64,000 nucleotides of DNA from Clostridia bacterium. Its GTDB lineage: Bacteria > Bacillota > Peptococcia > Peptococcales > BICA1-8. Under the pieces are notes generated by a model, which saw only the letters and a program-made list of their open reading frames with translations, ran no database searches and was not told the origin of the DNA. The DNA lies in NCBI GenBank assembly GCA_012720075.1, contig JAAXZE010000068.1:274-64273 (forward strand), read 5' to 3'. Each line of letters opens with the position of its first letter. Position 1 is the first letter of the stretch. This document shows positions 33,846 to 42,913 of this stretch, one piece after another. The position numbers and the translations under genes are program-made.

Positions 33846-34602
33846 AGAAATGTTACTTAGTACAAGTGCAGGAGGTAGACCTGGTAAAAAGATAACCCCC
33901 AAAGCAGTAGTAGTGCATTGGACGGCTAACACTAATCCCGGTGCCAATGCACTAGCAAACAGGAATTATTTCAATAATTCCGGAGTGGCAGTCAGTGCTC
34001 ATTACATTGTGGATGACAAACAAATCATACAATGTATCCCAGAAAACGAAATGGCTTATCATGTTGGAGCAAAAAGTTATAAAGAAGATGCATTAAAAAA
34101 GTTATCTAGTTATCCAAATGACTGTACTATCGGTATTGAGATGTGTGTAAATAAAGATGGAAACTTCCAGAAAACTTATAAAAACACAGTATTTCTAGTC
34201 GCAAACATTCTTCGACATTATAGTTGGGGAATTAGTAACATTTGGAGACATTATGATATTACCGGCAAAGATTGCCCCAAATTTTTTGTAGATAATGGTA
34301 CAGCCAAGTTATATGGATTTAGTTCTGCCGCTAATGCTTGGGAGCAGTTTAAGGTTGATGTAAAACATGAACTTTTAGGAGGGGATAATGTGTTTATAGA
34401 TATGGTAAATCACTGGGCTAAAAAAGATATTGAAGAAGCAGCCAAACTGGGATTGGTAGGTGGAAAAACAGAAGATATGTTTGTTCCTGATGATAATATA
34501 ACAAGGGCAGAGAGCACGGTTGTTGATTTAAGGTTATATAAGTTATTGATGAGGCATATCGAGGAATTGCAAAAAGAAATTTTAGAATTAAAGAGGAGGT
34601 AA
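33829..34602 (+). CDS. N-acetylmuramoyl-L-alanine amidase endolysin with C-terminal SLH domain
   Basis: VVHWTANTNPGANA...AHYIVDD...AYHVG...NDCTIGIEMC is Amidase_2-like. The C-terminal WAKKDIEEAAKLGLVGGKTEDMFVPDDNITRAE is SLH-like. Confidence 0.85.
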   Translation: MEVQFKEMLLSTSAGGRPGKKITPKAVVVHWTANTNPGANALANRNYFNNSGVAVSAHYIVDDKQIIQCIPENEMAYHVGAKSYKEDALKKLSSYPNDCTIGIEMCVNKDGNFQKTYKNTVFLVANILRHYSWGISNIWRHYDITGKDCPKFFVDNGTAKLYGFSSAANAWEQFKVDVKHELLGGDNVFIDMVNHWAKKDIEEAAKLGLVGGKTEDMFVPDDNITRAESTVVDLRLYKLLMRHIEELQKEILELKRR

Positions 34603-34606
34603 TAGA

Positions 34607-34960
34607 ATGGAGAAAATGATTCTTGACTTACTATATAATATATTAATCTTATTTGCCACAGTAGTAGCTGGTTTTACAGTTGCGTGGATAAAGAAAAAAT
34701 TAGGCGTTGAAGGTATGAAGCGGATTGAAGCTGAGTTAGCCTTAAAACAAGAACTTGCTGCTTTGGCTGTTCGCTTTGTGGAGCAAGTTTATCGAGATTA
34801 TAAGGGCGAGGAGAAGTATAACAAAGCTGCAGAATGGTTGTCTAACCGGGTAGCAGAATTAGGATTAAAAATTACTCCTGATGAAATAAAGGGTCTAATA
34901 GAGGCAGCACTGCGGACATTTAAAGATGAGTTTGGACAGGAATGGGCGAAAAAAACATGA
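34607..34960 (+). CDS. LL-H-family holin-like protein
   Basis: N-terminal TM followed by ...KYNKAAEWLSNRVAELGLKITPDEIKGLIEAAL. Confidence 0.55.
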   Translation: MEKMILDLLYNILILFATVVAGFTVAWIKKKLGVEGMKRIEAELALKQELAALAVRFVEQVYRDYKGEEKYNKAAEWLSNRVAELGLKITPDEIKGLIEAALRTFKDEFGQEWAKKT

Positions 34961-34965
34961 TAGCA

Positions 34966-34994
34966 CCCCGGTTGAGGCCGGGGATTTTTTTGTT
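34966..34994 (+). terminator. intrinsic terminator at the end of the phage late operon
   Basis: ccccgg-ttgagg-ccgggg followed by atttttttgtttt. Confidence 0.75.
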
Positions 34995-35010
34995 TTCTGT
35001 TTGATAAATG

Positions 35011-35046
35011 AAAGCCCGCAATCATAGCGGGTTTTATTTTTTGAGT
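35011..35046 (+). terminator. second hairpin terminator
   Basis: cccgc-aatcata-gcggg followed by ttttatttttt. Confidence 0.6.
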
Positions 35047-35121
35047 ATTTTATGCCGATATTGATTAATATTAATTGTGGATTTAAACTGATACGGTTCA
35101 CCTCCACCAATATAAATATAT

Positions 35122-35196
35122 GGCGACATAGCCAAGTGGTAAGGCGAAGGACCGCAAGTCCTTGATCCCCTTGTTCGACTCAGGGTGTCGCCTCCA
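35122..35196 (+). tRNA. tRNA-Cys (anticodon GCA) with encoded CCA
   Basis: Hand fold: acceptor GGCGACA/TGTCGCC; D arm GCC-AAGTGGTAA-GGC; anticodon arm AAGGA-CCGCAAG-TCCTT; T arm CCTTG-TTCGACT-CAGGG. Position 33 is C rather than U. Confidence 0.8.
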
Positions 35197-35262
35197 AAAT
35201 TAGAGCCCAAGTTTGCTTTTTGAGCAGGCTTGGGCTCTTAAATTTACATCTTTTTCCTGATT
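35182..35262 (+). repeat. direct repeat A (tRNA-Cys 3' end + downstream terminator)
   Basis: About 75-80% identical by eye to 38513-38593. The first 20 nt, AGGGTGTCGCCTCCAAAATT, match 19/20. Confidence 0.8.
35202..35245 (+). terminator. hairpin terminator after tRNA-Cys
   Basis: agagcccaag...cttgggctct stem with a weak T-tract. Confidence 0.55.
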
Positions 35263-35344
35263 ATATGGGACGACTATAGTGCTTTCTTTGTCCAAAATGT
35301 ATTGTAATCCAAGATACTTCATTATTAAAAATAATATTAAGATA

Positions 35345-35373
35345 TTGACAAACCATAATTTGCCTCGTACAAT
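35345..35373 (+). promoter_or_regulatory. sigma-A-type promoter for the pfl leader
   Basis: TTGACA-N17-TACAAT. Confidence 0.55.
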
Positions 35374-35394
35374 ATAAGCAAATAATTGAAGAAA

Positions 35395-35472
35395 TCAGTT
35401 ACATGACTGGCGGGTTAGTGTGGAGCACCACAAAGGATTGTAACTGTTATTGAAAGCCGACCGCCTGGGCGA
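35395..35472 (+). promoter_or_regulatory. ZTP (pfl-motif) riboswitch aptamer
   Basis: GACTGGCGGGTTAGTGTGGAGCACCACAAAGGA ... CCGACCGCCTGGGCG matches the conserved pfl-motif cores (ACUGGCG, GGUGGA/ACCAC, CCGCCUGGGC). Confidence 0.75.
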
Positions 35473-35520
35473 TAACACAGTTTTATCTGTGCTATGTCCG
35501 GGTGGTTATTTTTTTACTTA
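35461..35520 (+). terminator. riboswitch expression platform (terminator)
   Basis: CCGCCTGG (pseudoknot strand) can pair with CCGGGTGG (35498-35505), followed by TTATTTTTTT. Confidence 0.6.
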
Positions 35521-35535
35521 AGGGGTGTATTAAGT

Positions 35536-37767
35536 ATGAGGAAAGAATGGCACGGTTTTAAAGGAGAAAAATGGCAAAAGGAAATTGATGTGAGGGATTT
35601 TATCATAAACAATTATTCACCTTACGCCGGCGATGACTCTTTCCTTTGCAGGGAAACAGAAAGAACAAAAAAGCTGTGGGAAAAATGCTTGGAACTCTTT
35701 AAGCAGGAAAGGGCTAAAGGAGGGGTCATTAGTATTGATACCTCCCGTGTTGCGGGCATTACTTCCCATGGACCTGGCTATATTTGCAAAGAGCTGGAAG
35801 TTATTGTGGGTTTACAAACCGAAAAACCCCTGGAACGGGCTGTTAACCCCTTCGGTGGGCTAAGAATGGCCAGGGAAGCCTGTAAGGCATATGGTTATTC
35901 CTTTGATGAACAGTTGGAGAAGATTTTTACCGATTATAGAAAAACTCATAATGACGGAGTTTTTGACGCCTATACCAGTGAAATGCGGATGGCCAGAAGT
36001 CTGGGTATTATTACCGGATTACCCGATGCCTATGGAAGAGGAAGGGTTATCGGCGATTATAGGAGAGTAGCTCTTTATGGTGTGGATAGACTCATCGCCG
36101 AAAAAGAGAATGATTTGCAGCGGATGTCTAAAGTAAGTATGAATTTTGAAACCATTCAGCTGAGAGAAGAAATCAGTGAACAAATAAAAGCATTACAGCT
36201 TTTAAAAGATATGGCCCTTCAATACGGTTTTGATATCAGCAACCCGGCTGCCAATGCCAGGGAGGCGTTTCAATGGGTATACTTTGCCTACCTTGCCGCT
36301 ATCAAAGAACAAAACGGAGCAGCCATGTCCCTGGGGCGTGTCAGCACTTTTCTTGATATTTATATCAACAGAGATATGGAAGCAGGTGTTTTATCAGAAA
36401 TCGAAGCCCAGGAACTGGTTGACCAGTTTGTTATAAAGCTTAGAATGGCACGGCAGTTAAGAACCCCTGATTATGACAAGTTATTTGCCGGGGATCCAAT
36501 GTGGATTACTGAAGCCATTGGCGGCATGGGGCTTGATGGCCGTACTTTGGTAACCAAGAACTCATTCAGATTTCTCCAGACTCTAATTAATCTCGGTCCT
36601 TCACCGGAACCGAATCTGACCGTATTATGGTCTACCCAATTACCGGAGAATTTTAAGAACTTTTGTTCAGCAATCTCCATTAAAACCAGCTCTATCCAAT
36701 ATGAAAATGACGATCTAATGCGCGGCCTGTATGGGGATGACTACGGTATTGCTTGCTGTGTATCTGCTATGAAGCTGGTAAAACAAATGCAATTTTTCGG
36801 GGCTCGGGCCAATCTGCCCAAATTATTATTGCTGGCTGTTAATGGAGGCAGGGATGAAATAACCGGTAAACAATTGGCACCTGTTGTTCCGATCTTGAAT
36901 GATGAGGTTTTAGACTATGAAAAGGTTATGAGCAATTTAGCCGTTCTCCAGGATTGGCTGTGCGGTTTGTATGTAAATACTATGAACATTATTCATTACA
37001 TGCACGATAAGTATGCCTATGAAAAAATTCAAATGGCTCTCCATGATAGCTCTGTCGAAAGGCTGATGGCCTTTGGTATAGCCGGTTTGTCGGTCATTGT
37101 CGATTCCTTAAGCGCCATTAAGTACGCCAAAGTTTACCCGGTTAGAAATGATGAGGGCATTACGGTGGACTTTAAAATTGAAGGTGATTTTCCTAAATTC
37201 GGTAATGATGACGACAGGGTTGACAATATTGCTGTTGAACTGGTCAAGAGTTTTAGCAAAAACCTGGAAAAGTACCCGACTTACCGTGGAGCTAAGCATA
37301 CACTCTCCATATTAACCATAACCTCTAACGTAATGTATGGCAAAAAAACCGGTGCGACACCGGACGGCAGAAAACATGGTGAGCCCTTTGCCCCAGGAGC
37401 TAATCCCATGCATGGCAGGGATACCAACGGCGCCCTTGCCAGTCTGAACTCGGTGGCAAAACTTCCTTATGATGCCTGCCTTGACGGGATAAGCAATACC
37501 TTTTCCATAGTACCGAGAGCTCTGGGGAAAAATTATGATGAAAGAAGAAATAACTTAATGAATATTCTTGACGGATACTTTGGTCAGGGCGCCCATCATT
37601 TAAACGTTAACGTTCTTGACCGGGAAACCTTGATAAAAGCCATGGATGAGCCGGAAAACTATCCTCAGTTAACTGTCAGGGTATCCGGGTATGCGGTGCA
37701 TTTTACTAAACTAAGCCGCGCCCACCAGCAGGAAATCATCCAGCGAACCTTCTTTGAAAAATTTTAA
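35536..37767 (+). CDS. pflB: pyruvate formate-lyase (glycyl radical enzyme)
   Basis: GIACCVSAM active-site Cys pair and RVSGYAVHF glycyl-radical motif. ATG 35536 follows AAGGGGTG. The track start at 35494 lies inside the terminator. Confidence 0.95.
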   Translation: MRKEWHGFKGEKWQKEIDVRDFIINNYSPYAGDDSFLCRETERTKKLWEKCLELFKQERAKGGVISIDTSRVAGITSHGPGYICKELEVIVGLQTEKPLERAVNPFGGLRMAREACKAYGYSFDEQLEKIFTDYRKTHNDGVFDAYTSEMRMARSLGIITGLPDAYGRGRVIGDYRRVALYGVDRLIAEKENDLQRMSKVSMNFETIQLREEISEQIKALQLLKDMALQYGFDISNPAANAREAFQWVYFAYLAAIKEQNGAAMSLGRVSTFLDIYINRDMEAGVLSEIEAQELVDQFVIKLRMARQLRTPDYDKLFAGDPMWITEAIGGMGLDGRTLVTKNSFRFLQTLINLGPSPEPNLTVLWSTQLPENFKNFCSAISIKTSSIQYENDDLMRGLYGDDYGIACCVSAMKLVKQMQFFGARANLPKLLLLAVNGGRDEITGKQLAPVVPILNDEVLDYEKVMSNLAVLQDWLCGLYVNTMNIIHYMHDKYAYEKIQMALHDSSVERLMAFGIAGLSVIVDSLSAIKYAKVYPVRNDEGITVDFKIEGDFPKFGNDDDRVDNIAVELVKSFSKNLEKYPTYRGAKHTLSILTITSNVMYGKKTGATPDGRKHGEPFAPGANPMHGRDTNGALASLNSVAKLPYDACLDGISNTFSIVPRALGKNYDERRNNLMNILDGYFGQGAHHLNVNVLDRETLIKAMDEPENYPQLTVRVSGYAVHFTKLSRAHQQEIIQRTFFEKF

Positions 37768-37782
37768 TCCGGAGGGAAACTT

Positions 37783-38514
37783 ATGACGGGCAGAATTCAT
37801 TCCATTGAGAGCTGCGGTACCTTGGACGGTCCGGGATTGCGCTGTGTTGTTTTCTTTCAGGGCTGTCCCCTCAGATGTCGCTATTGTCATAACCCGGATA
37901 CTTGGGATTTTAACGGTGGGCTGGAAGTGACCTCCTCGGAAATAGTTAAAAAAATTATCCGCTTCAAACCCTATTTTAAGCAGAATGGCGGTGTAACCTT
38001 ATCCGGGGGGGAACCCTTATTGCAGCCGGAATTTGCAGCCGAAATTTTACGGGAATGCAAAAGAAACGGAATTCACACAGCGGTGGATACTTCCGGCTGG
38101 GTTAGTACCGCGGCCCTGGAACATACACTGCCCTATACCGATTTGCTGCTTTTAGATGTAAAAGGGCTGGATAACAAAATGTATCAGTGGCTCACCGGCA
38201 AAGAAGAGGATATGTTTTTTTCTGCCCTTACAACCATAAAAAAATACAAAACTCCCCTCTGGCTTAGATATGTAATTTTGCCAGGCATTAACGATACTCC
38301 TGAGTATATTGGTAAACTAAAGATTTTAGCTTCTTCTTTGGGTAGTATGGTTCAGAAAATAGAACTATTGCCTTATCACCCCCTGGGAGAACACAAGTGG
38401 AAAAAATTAGGGTATGAATATACGCTGAGTCAGATAAATCCACCTAAGGACAGTGACATTGACCTTTTGTACCAAAAACTCCGCAAAAACAGTCCTGTTA
38501 TAAATTTTTCTTAG
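37783..38514 (+). CDS. pflA: pyruvate formate-lyase activating enzyme (radical SAM)
   Basis: GCPLRCRYCHNPDTW CxxxCxxC motif. TLSGGEPLLQ. Confidence 0.95.
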   Translation: MTGRIHSIESCGTLDGPGLRCVVFFQGCPLRCRYCHNPDTWDFNGGLEVTSSEIVKKIIRFKPYFKQNGGVTLSGGEPLLQPEFAAEILRECKRNGIHTAVDTSGWVSTAALEHTLPYTDLLLLDVKGLDNKMYQWLTGKEEDMFFSALTTIKKYKTPLWLRYVILPGINDTPEYIGKLKILASSLGSMVQKIELLPYHPLGEHKWKKLGYEYTLSQINPPKDSDIDLLYQKLRKNSPVINFS

Positions 38515-38593
38515 GGTTTCGCCTCCAAAATTTAAACCCAGGTTTGCTTAAAAGCAAGCTTGGGCTTTTTTATTTACATATCTTTTCCCGAAG
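38513..38593 (+). repeat. direct repeat B (diverged copy of the tRNA-Cys 3' end + terminator)
   Basis: AGGGTTTCGCCTCCAAAATT plus the hairpin aacccaggtttgctt/aagcaagcttgggctt plus atttacat..cttttcc, parallel to repeat A. Doubles as the pflA terminator. Confidence 0.8.
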
Positions 38594-38640
38594 GGAAATA
38601 TAATTAAACTATTAACGAAAGTCAGTTTGCAGGGGGATTT

Positions 38641-39318
38641 ATGAAAGAAGTCGGCAGCCCTTTAAAAATATTGACTTATAATATCCATAGCGGCAAAAAT
38701 ATCTGGATGCAGCCTACCCTTGACGCCATCATTGATTATCTCCAAAGTACACAAGGGGATGTCGTCTGTCTCCAAGAAATCAATGAAAATGAAAAAAGAG
38801 GATTCCAGGTTAGTAAAATAAAAAATAGTTTACAAAAAGATTGTATCTTTGCCCCTAATGTCTCCATTGGCAAAGGTCATTACGGATTGGCTGTTTTTAC
38901 GTCCCTTCCAATACTAGAGTACCATCATATTCTTCTGCCCAGCGCCAAGGAGCAAAGGGGTTTATTGCATACCGTACTTCAAGTGGAAAAACAGGAATTG
39001 CATGTTCTCAATACCCATTTAGGTTTAAGTAAAGCTGAACGGGCAAGGCAACTGGAATTTATCGACGCTTATATTTCCAAATTAAAGGCAAACATCATTC
39101 TTGCAGGGGATTTTAATACTACCAAACCGGAATTAGGGAGCTTGCCGTTATTGGATGTGGGGGAAATTGCGGGGAAAGCCCATATTCCCACTTTTATACC
39201 AAATCCTAAAAGAATAGATTTGGTTTTTATTTCACCAACCGTAAGGGTAGTTAATTATCAGGTTTCCGATGTCAAGCTGTCGGACCATTATCCTATTGAG
39301 GTAAGTGTGCTGATTTAA
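38641..39318 (+). CDS. endonuclease/exonuclease/phosphatase (EEP) family protein
   Basis: LKILTYNIHSG...VVCLQE...LNTHL...GDFN...SDHYPI are EEP catalytic motifs. Confidence 0.8.
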   Translation: MKEVGSPLKILTYNIHSGKNIWMQPTLDAIIDYLQSTQGDVVCLQEINENEKRGFQVSKIKNSLQKDCIFAPNVSIGKGHYGLAVFTSLPILEYHHILLPSAKEQRGLLHTVLQVEKQELHVLNTHLGLSKAERARQLEFIDAYISKLKANIILAGDFNTTKPELGSLPLLDVGEIAGKAHIPTFIPNPKRIDLVFISPTVRVVNYQVSDVKLSDHYPIEVSVLI

Positions 39319-39353
39319 GAGACTTAATAAATAATATTAACAGATCGGGGGGA

Positions 39354-39830
39354 TTGATCTTCGATATTTTGTCTCACGGATTATGGGGAGGAATAATTTT
39401 CAGAAAGGGCAGTCCTTATTGGCTGGCTTTCGCTTTCGGAGTTTTACCCGATGCACTGGCTTTCGGTCCCCTGGTAGTTTTAAGGATGACGGCAGGAGAA
39501 CTGGTTATGGGCAGGCCGGGATTAAATACAATTCCCCCTTGGGTTTATACTGTATATAACTGGACCCATAGCCTGGTTATCGCTGCAGTGGCTATAATTA
39601 TCCTGTGGCAAATAAATCGAAAGCCGGCTATAGCTGCCGGTGCCTGGGTCTTACATATCCTTATGGATATTCCTGTCCATACTCAAGATTATTTCCCGAC
39701 CTCTTTTCTATATCCCCTGAGCCCTTTTACTTTTAACGGTATAAGTTCTATTAAGTTATGGGCGGTCAATTGGCTTTTATTGATACTTGCTTACATTTTC
39801 TTTCATTTCAGAAAAAGCTCACTAAGATAA
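39354..39830 (+). CDS. integral membrane protein (4-5 TM), possible membrane-bound hydrolase family
   Basis: Hydrophobic 158-aa ORF with conserved His residues (SHGLWGG, THS, HILMDIPVH). TTG start is uncertain. Confidence 0.55.
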   Translation: MIFDILSHGLWGGIIFRKGSPYWLAFAFGVLPDALAFGPLVVLRMTAGELVMGRPGLNTIPPWVYTVYNWTHSLVIAAVAIIILWQINRKPAIAAGAWVLHILMDIPVHTQDYFPTSFLYPLSPFTFNGISSIKLWAVNWLLLILAYIFFHFRKSSLR

Positions 39831-39936
39831 ACAATAAAGGAAATTAAAACTATTTTTAAAATTAATTGAAGGAAATTGACCATAGATAAGGAATAGCTAC
39901 AAAAAAAGATAACAATCTAAACAAAAAGGGGGAGTA

Positions 39937-40887
39937 ATGATGGAGGGGGAAAAAATCAAAAAAATATGCAATCTGGGTACAGGCACTATGGGTTCGGGTA
40001 TAACCTTGGCTTTTGCTTTAGGCGGTCACCAGGTTTATATGTATGGAAGGTCGGAGACAAGCCTTAAGGGCGGATTTGAGCGGATAAGGAATATGGTTGA
40101 TGGTTTAGTGGAAAACGGTTTGATTTCGGAAACTGACGTTCCGCAGATTATAGAGCGAATACATGGGGTAACAAATATTGAAAAAGCAGCGGAAGATGCA
40201 GATTTTGTAATCGAAGCCATAACCGAAGATCTTGCTTTAAAACAAGAGATTTTCGCCAAGGTGGAGAAAGTTTGTCCTGTTGACACAATTCTTGCTTCCA
40301 GTACCTCGGGACTGTCCCCCACTGATATAGCCCGGCTTTTAGCGCATAAAGACCGTTTTGTAGTAGCCCATTTCTGGAATCCGCCCCATCTCATACCACT
40401 GGTTGAGGTTGTTCCGGGGAAGGAAACTTCGCCGAAAACTGTTGATTTTACGGAAAAAATACTGACTGAAATAGGAAAGAAACCTGTTGTTTTGCACCGT
40501 GAAGTATTAGGTTTTATAGGAAACCGTATCCAGCTGGCCATGCTCCGGGAAGCTTTATATCTTTTGGAAGCGGGTATTGCCTCCAAAGAAGCCATTGATA
40601 CCACAGTAAAATATACTCTAGGCCGCCGTTTAGCAATTACAGGTCCTTTGGAAAGCGCCGATTTAGGCGGTTTGGATGTATTTTGCAATATCGCCGGCTA
40701 TCTTTTTACCGACCTTTGCAATAGTAAAGAAGTACCGGCCATATTAAAAGATGCCGTTAAAAAAGAAAATCTTGGTGCCAAAACCAGGACCGGGCTTTAC
40801 CGGTGGACGGAAGAATCCCTGGCAAACATCAAAAAAACCCGGGAAAAACACTTGGCGGAGTGGTTAGTTAAGGATAGAATGGGATGA
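39937..40887 (+). CDS. 3-hydroxyacyl-CoA dehydrogenase family protein
   Basis: GTGTMGSGI Rossmann motif. ...HFWNPPHLIPLVEVV...GFIGNR. Confidence 0.85.
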   Translation: MMEGEKIKKICNLGTGTMGSGITLAFALGGHQVYMYGRSETSLKGGFERIRNMVDGLVENGLISETDVPQIIERIHGVTNIEKAAEDADFVIEAITEDLALKQEIFAKVEKVCPVDTILASSTSGLSPTDIARLLAHKDRFVVAHFWNPPHLIPLVEVVPGKETSPKTVDFTEKILTEIGKKPVVLHREVLGFIGNRIQLAMLREALYLLEAGIASKEAIDTTVKYTLGRRLAITGPLESADLGGLDVFCNIAGYLFTDLCNSKEVPAILKDAVKKENLGAKTRTGLYRWTEESLANIKKTREKHLAEWLVKDRMG

Positions 40888-40963
40888 ACAAAAAGGGATT
40901 TTCGACCATAGGCCGAAATAACTTGTAATTTAGATAGAAATAAAGAAAGGAGCATAGTTTTTG

Positions 40964-41647
40964 ATGACATCCGAAGAAGTACAATCCCTATCCCCTTTAT
41001 ATGATACGAAAAAGGAATGTATCTATTGCCATAAAACCTTTACAACCAAGAAAGTAAGAAGTAAATTTATTAGAATTAGTAAAAGGGATAGCGATTTCTG
41101 CAATCATTATGAAGGGGTTAACCCCTATTATTATGAGGTTTTTGTTTGCACCCATTGCAATTTTGCCTTTACGGAAAAATTTCAGCCTTTAAAAGTTGCT
41201 AATAAAGCTGTTATTAAAGAACGGTATATTGATAATGCGTCAATAACTAACCTGAATGGCGAAAGAGGTTTCGCCGAAGCCGTCAAGTCTTTCAAATTGG
41301 CCATTCTTTGTGCAACTTTGGCTGGAGAAAGTCATTATTTATTGGCAGGTTTATGTCTGAAACTGGCCTGGTTATATAGGTTTGAAGGTAATAAGGTTGA
41401 AGAAAACCGGTTTTTAAAAAGCGCGCTGGAAAACTATATAAAGACCTATGAACTGGAAAATGGGACCGGCTATAACAAAGCATCATTATTGTATATTATC
41501 GGAGAAATTGAATACAGGCTGGGCGGTTATGAGCGGGCCCAAAAATGGTTCAGTATTCTGCTCAGTGATAAAACATTGGATCCTAAAATAGTTAATATTG
41601 CCAAGGATAGATGGCAGGAAATCCGATATGAAAGACAGCAAAAATAA
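40964..41647 (+). CDS. DUF2225-like zinc-ribbon/TPR-like protein
   Basis: ECIYCHKTFTTKKVRSKF...VFVCTHCNFAF, followed by a helical C-terminal domain. Confidence 0.65.
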   Translation: MTSEEVQSLSPLYDTKKECIYCHKTFTTKKVRSKFIRISKRDSDFCNHYEGVNPYYYEVFVCTHCNFAFTEKFQPLKVANKAVIKERYIDNASITNLNGERGFAEAVKSFKLAILCATLAGESHYLLAGLCLKLAWLYRFEGNKVEENRFLKSALENYIKTYELENGTGYNKASLLYIIGEIEYRLGGYERAQKWFSILLSDKTLDPKIVNIAKDRWQEIRYERQQK

Positions 41648-41695
41648 AAAGATAATGGACCGGTTTTATTGGTCTATTATCTTTTTATTTTTTTA

Positions 41696-42415
41696 TTATT
41701 CACCTAAATCTACATTGTGATACACTTGCCGTACATCATCTAAATCTTCCAGAGCATCGATCAGTTTTTCAAATTGGGCTTGGGCATCGGGGGAAAGAGT
41801 AACTTCATTTTGAGCCAGCATAGTAATTTCGTTTACGGAAAAATTAGTTATGCCTGCTTTATTAAAAGCATTCTGTAGAGCATGAAACCGGTCCGGGGCT
41901 GCGTAAACGATAATGGTGTCATCTTCTTCTAAAATATCACGGACATCCACATCGGCTTCCATTAATATTTCCAGAATTTCATCGGCTGTTTTTCCCTCAA
42001 TGCCGATTACTGCCGTTTCCTCGAACATATAAGAAACAGAACCGGCAACTCCCATACTACCGCCGTTTTTGGTAAAAGCAGCTCGGACATCGGATGCAGT
42101 GCGGTTTACGTTGTTGGTCAAAGCATCGACTATAATCATTGAGCCATTAGGACCAAAGCCCTCGTATCTAAGGGCATTATAGTTTTCATCCGATGAACCT
42201 TTAGCCTTTTCAATGGCCCGGTCAATGATTACTTTGGGCACATTGTAGGTCTTGGCTCTTTCCAGCACGAATTTTAAAGCCTGATTGGAATCAGGATCGG
42301 GAACACCCTGTTTGGCTGCTACATAAACCTCACGGCCAAATTTGGCATAGATACGGCTGATATTTGTATCCTTTGATGCTTTTTTATCTTTGATATTATT
42401 CCATTTACGACCCAT
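41696..42415 (-). CDS. yebC: YebC/PmpR-family transcriptional regulator
   Basis: [16 protein letters not shown]...IYAKFGREV...YEGFGPNG is the canonical pattern. Confidence 0.9.
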   Translation of the reverse strand: MGRKWNNIKDKKASKDTNISRIYAKFGREVYVAAKQGVPDPDSNQALKFVLERAKTYNVPKVIIDRAIEKAKGSSDENYNALRYEGFGPNGSMIIVDALTNNVNRTASDVRAAFTKNGGSMGVAGSVSYMFEETAVIGIEGKTADEILEILMEADVDVRDILEEDDTIIVYAAPDRFHALQNAFNKAGITNFSVNEITMLAQNEVTLSPDAQAQFEKLIDALEDLDDVRQVYHNVDLGE

Positions 42416-42660
42416 GGTGTCACTCACTTTCAAGTAAAATTTACGTTATCCATTGAAAAAAAGTTACTTCTTGATTATAGCTAATTTACTTAATTTATGA
42501 CAAGTATTTCATTTTACTTAATTTTGGGTTCTCTCAATTCTATTGATAACAGTTGTTTAATAGTGCTATCATAATCGATATGGGAGTTTTTTAAAAAATG
42601 CCGGATTTTTTGAAAAAGTAATAATGGTAGTAAATATAGTAGTATATGGAGGATAATTAA

Positions 42661-42891
42661 ATGAACGGGAAGAAAGAATTAAAGCTCTTTGAGCCCTATG
42701 AAGTAGGCGATTTGGTAGTGTTTTTAACCGGTGAAGACAGCGCCAATGTAATTGACGCTGATTGCCGGTGGGAACTGCAAACCACAACAACCGGTTGTAA
42801 TTGTTGCACTTATCGTTTTAGGTCCCGGTTGGATAAAGATTTTAAATGTCGTCATATGAAGGCTTTATTAGAAGTATTAAAAGCTTATTAA
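42661..42891 (+). CDS. stand-alone SWIM zinc-finger protein
   Basis: GCNCCTYRFRSRLDKDFKCRHMKAL gives the CxC...CxH pattern. Confidence 0.6.
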   Translation: MNGKKELKLFEPYEVGDLVVFLTGEDSANVIDADCRWELQTTTTGCNCCTYRFRSRLDKDFKCRHMKALLEVLKAY

Positions 42892-42913
42892 ACCTGATTA
42901 GAGGTGGCTTGGC

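Noticed and set aside
35085-35111. cggttcacctccacca just upstream of tRNA-Cys, considered as a partial tRNA 3' end / att core.
   Set aside because: I could not build a T-arm or acceptor pairing from the preceding bases. The resemblance is limited to a CCA-like ending.
35494-35535. Track start of pflB at 35494. The same issue applies to yqaJ at 3626 and the permease at 52685.
   Set aside because: The extensions run through a riboswitch terminator, a GC-rich non-homologous leader, or a promoter region. Internal ATGs with proper RBSs align with the expected N-termini of these families.
40035-40688. 217-aa minus-strand ORF.
   Set aside because: It is fully antisense to the 3-hydroxyacyl-CoA dehydrogenase gene, which has clear Rossmann and family motifs. 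The antisense translation is Ser/Arg/Lys-rich with no motif.
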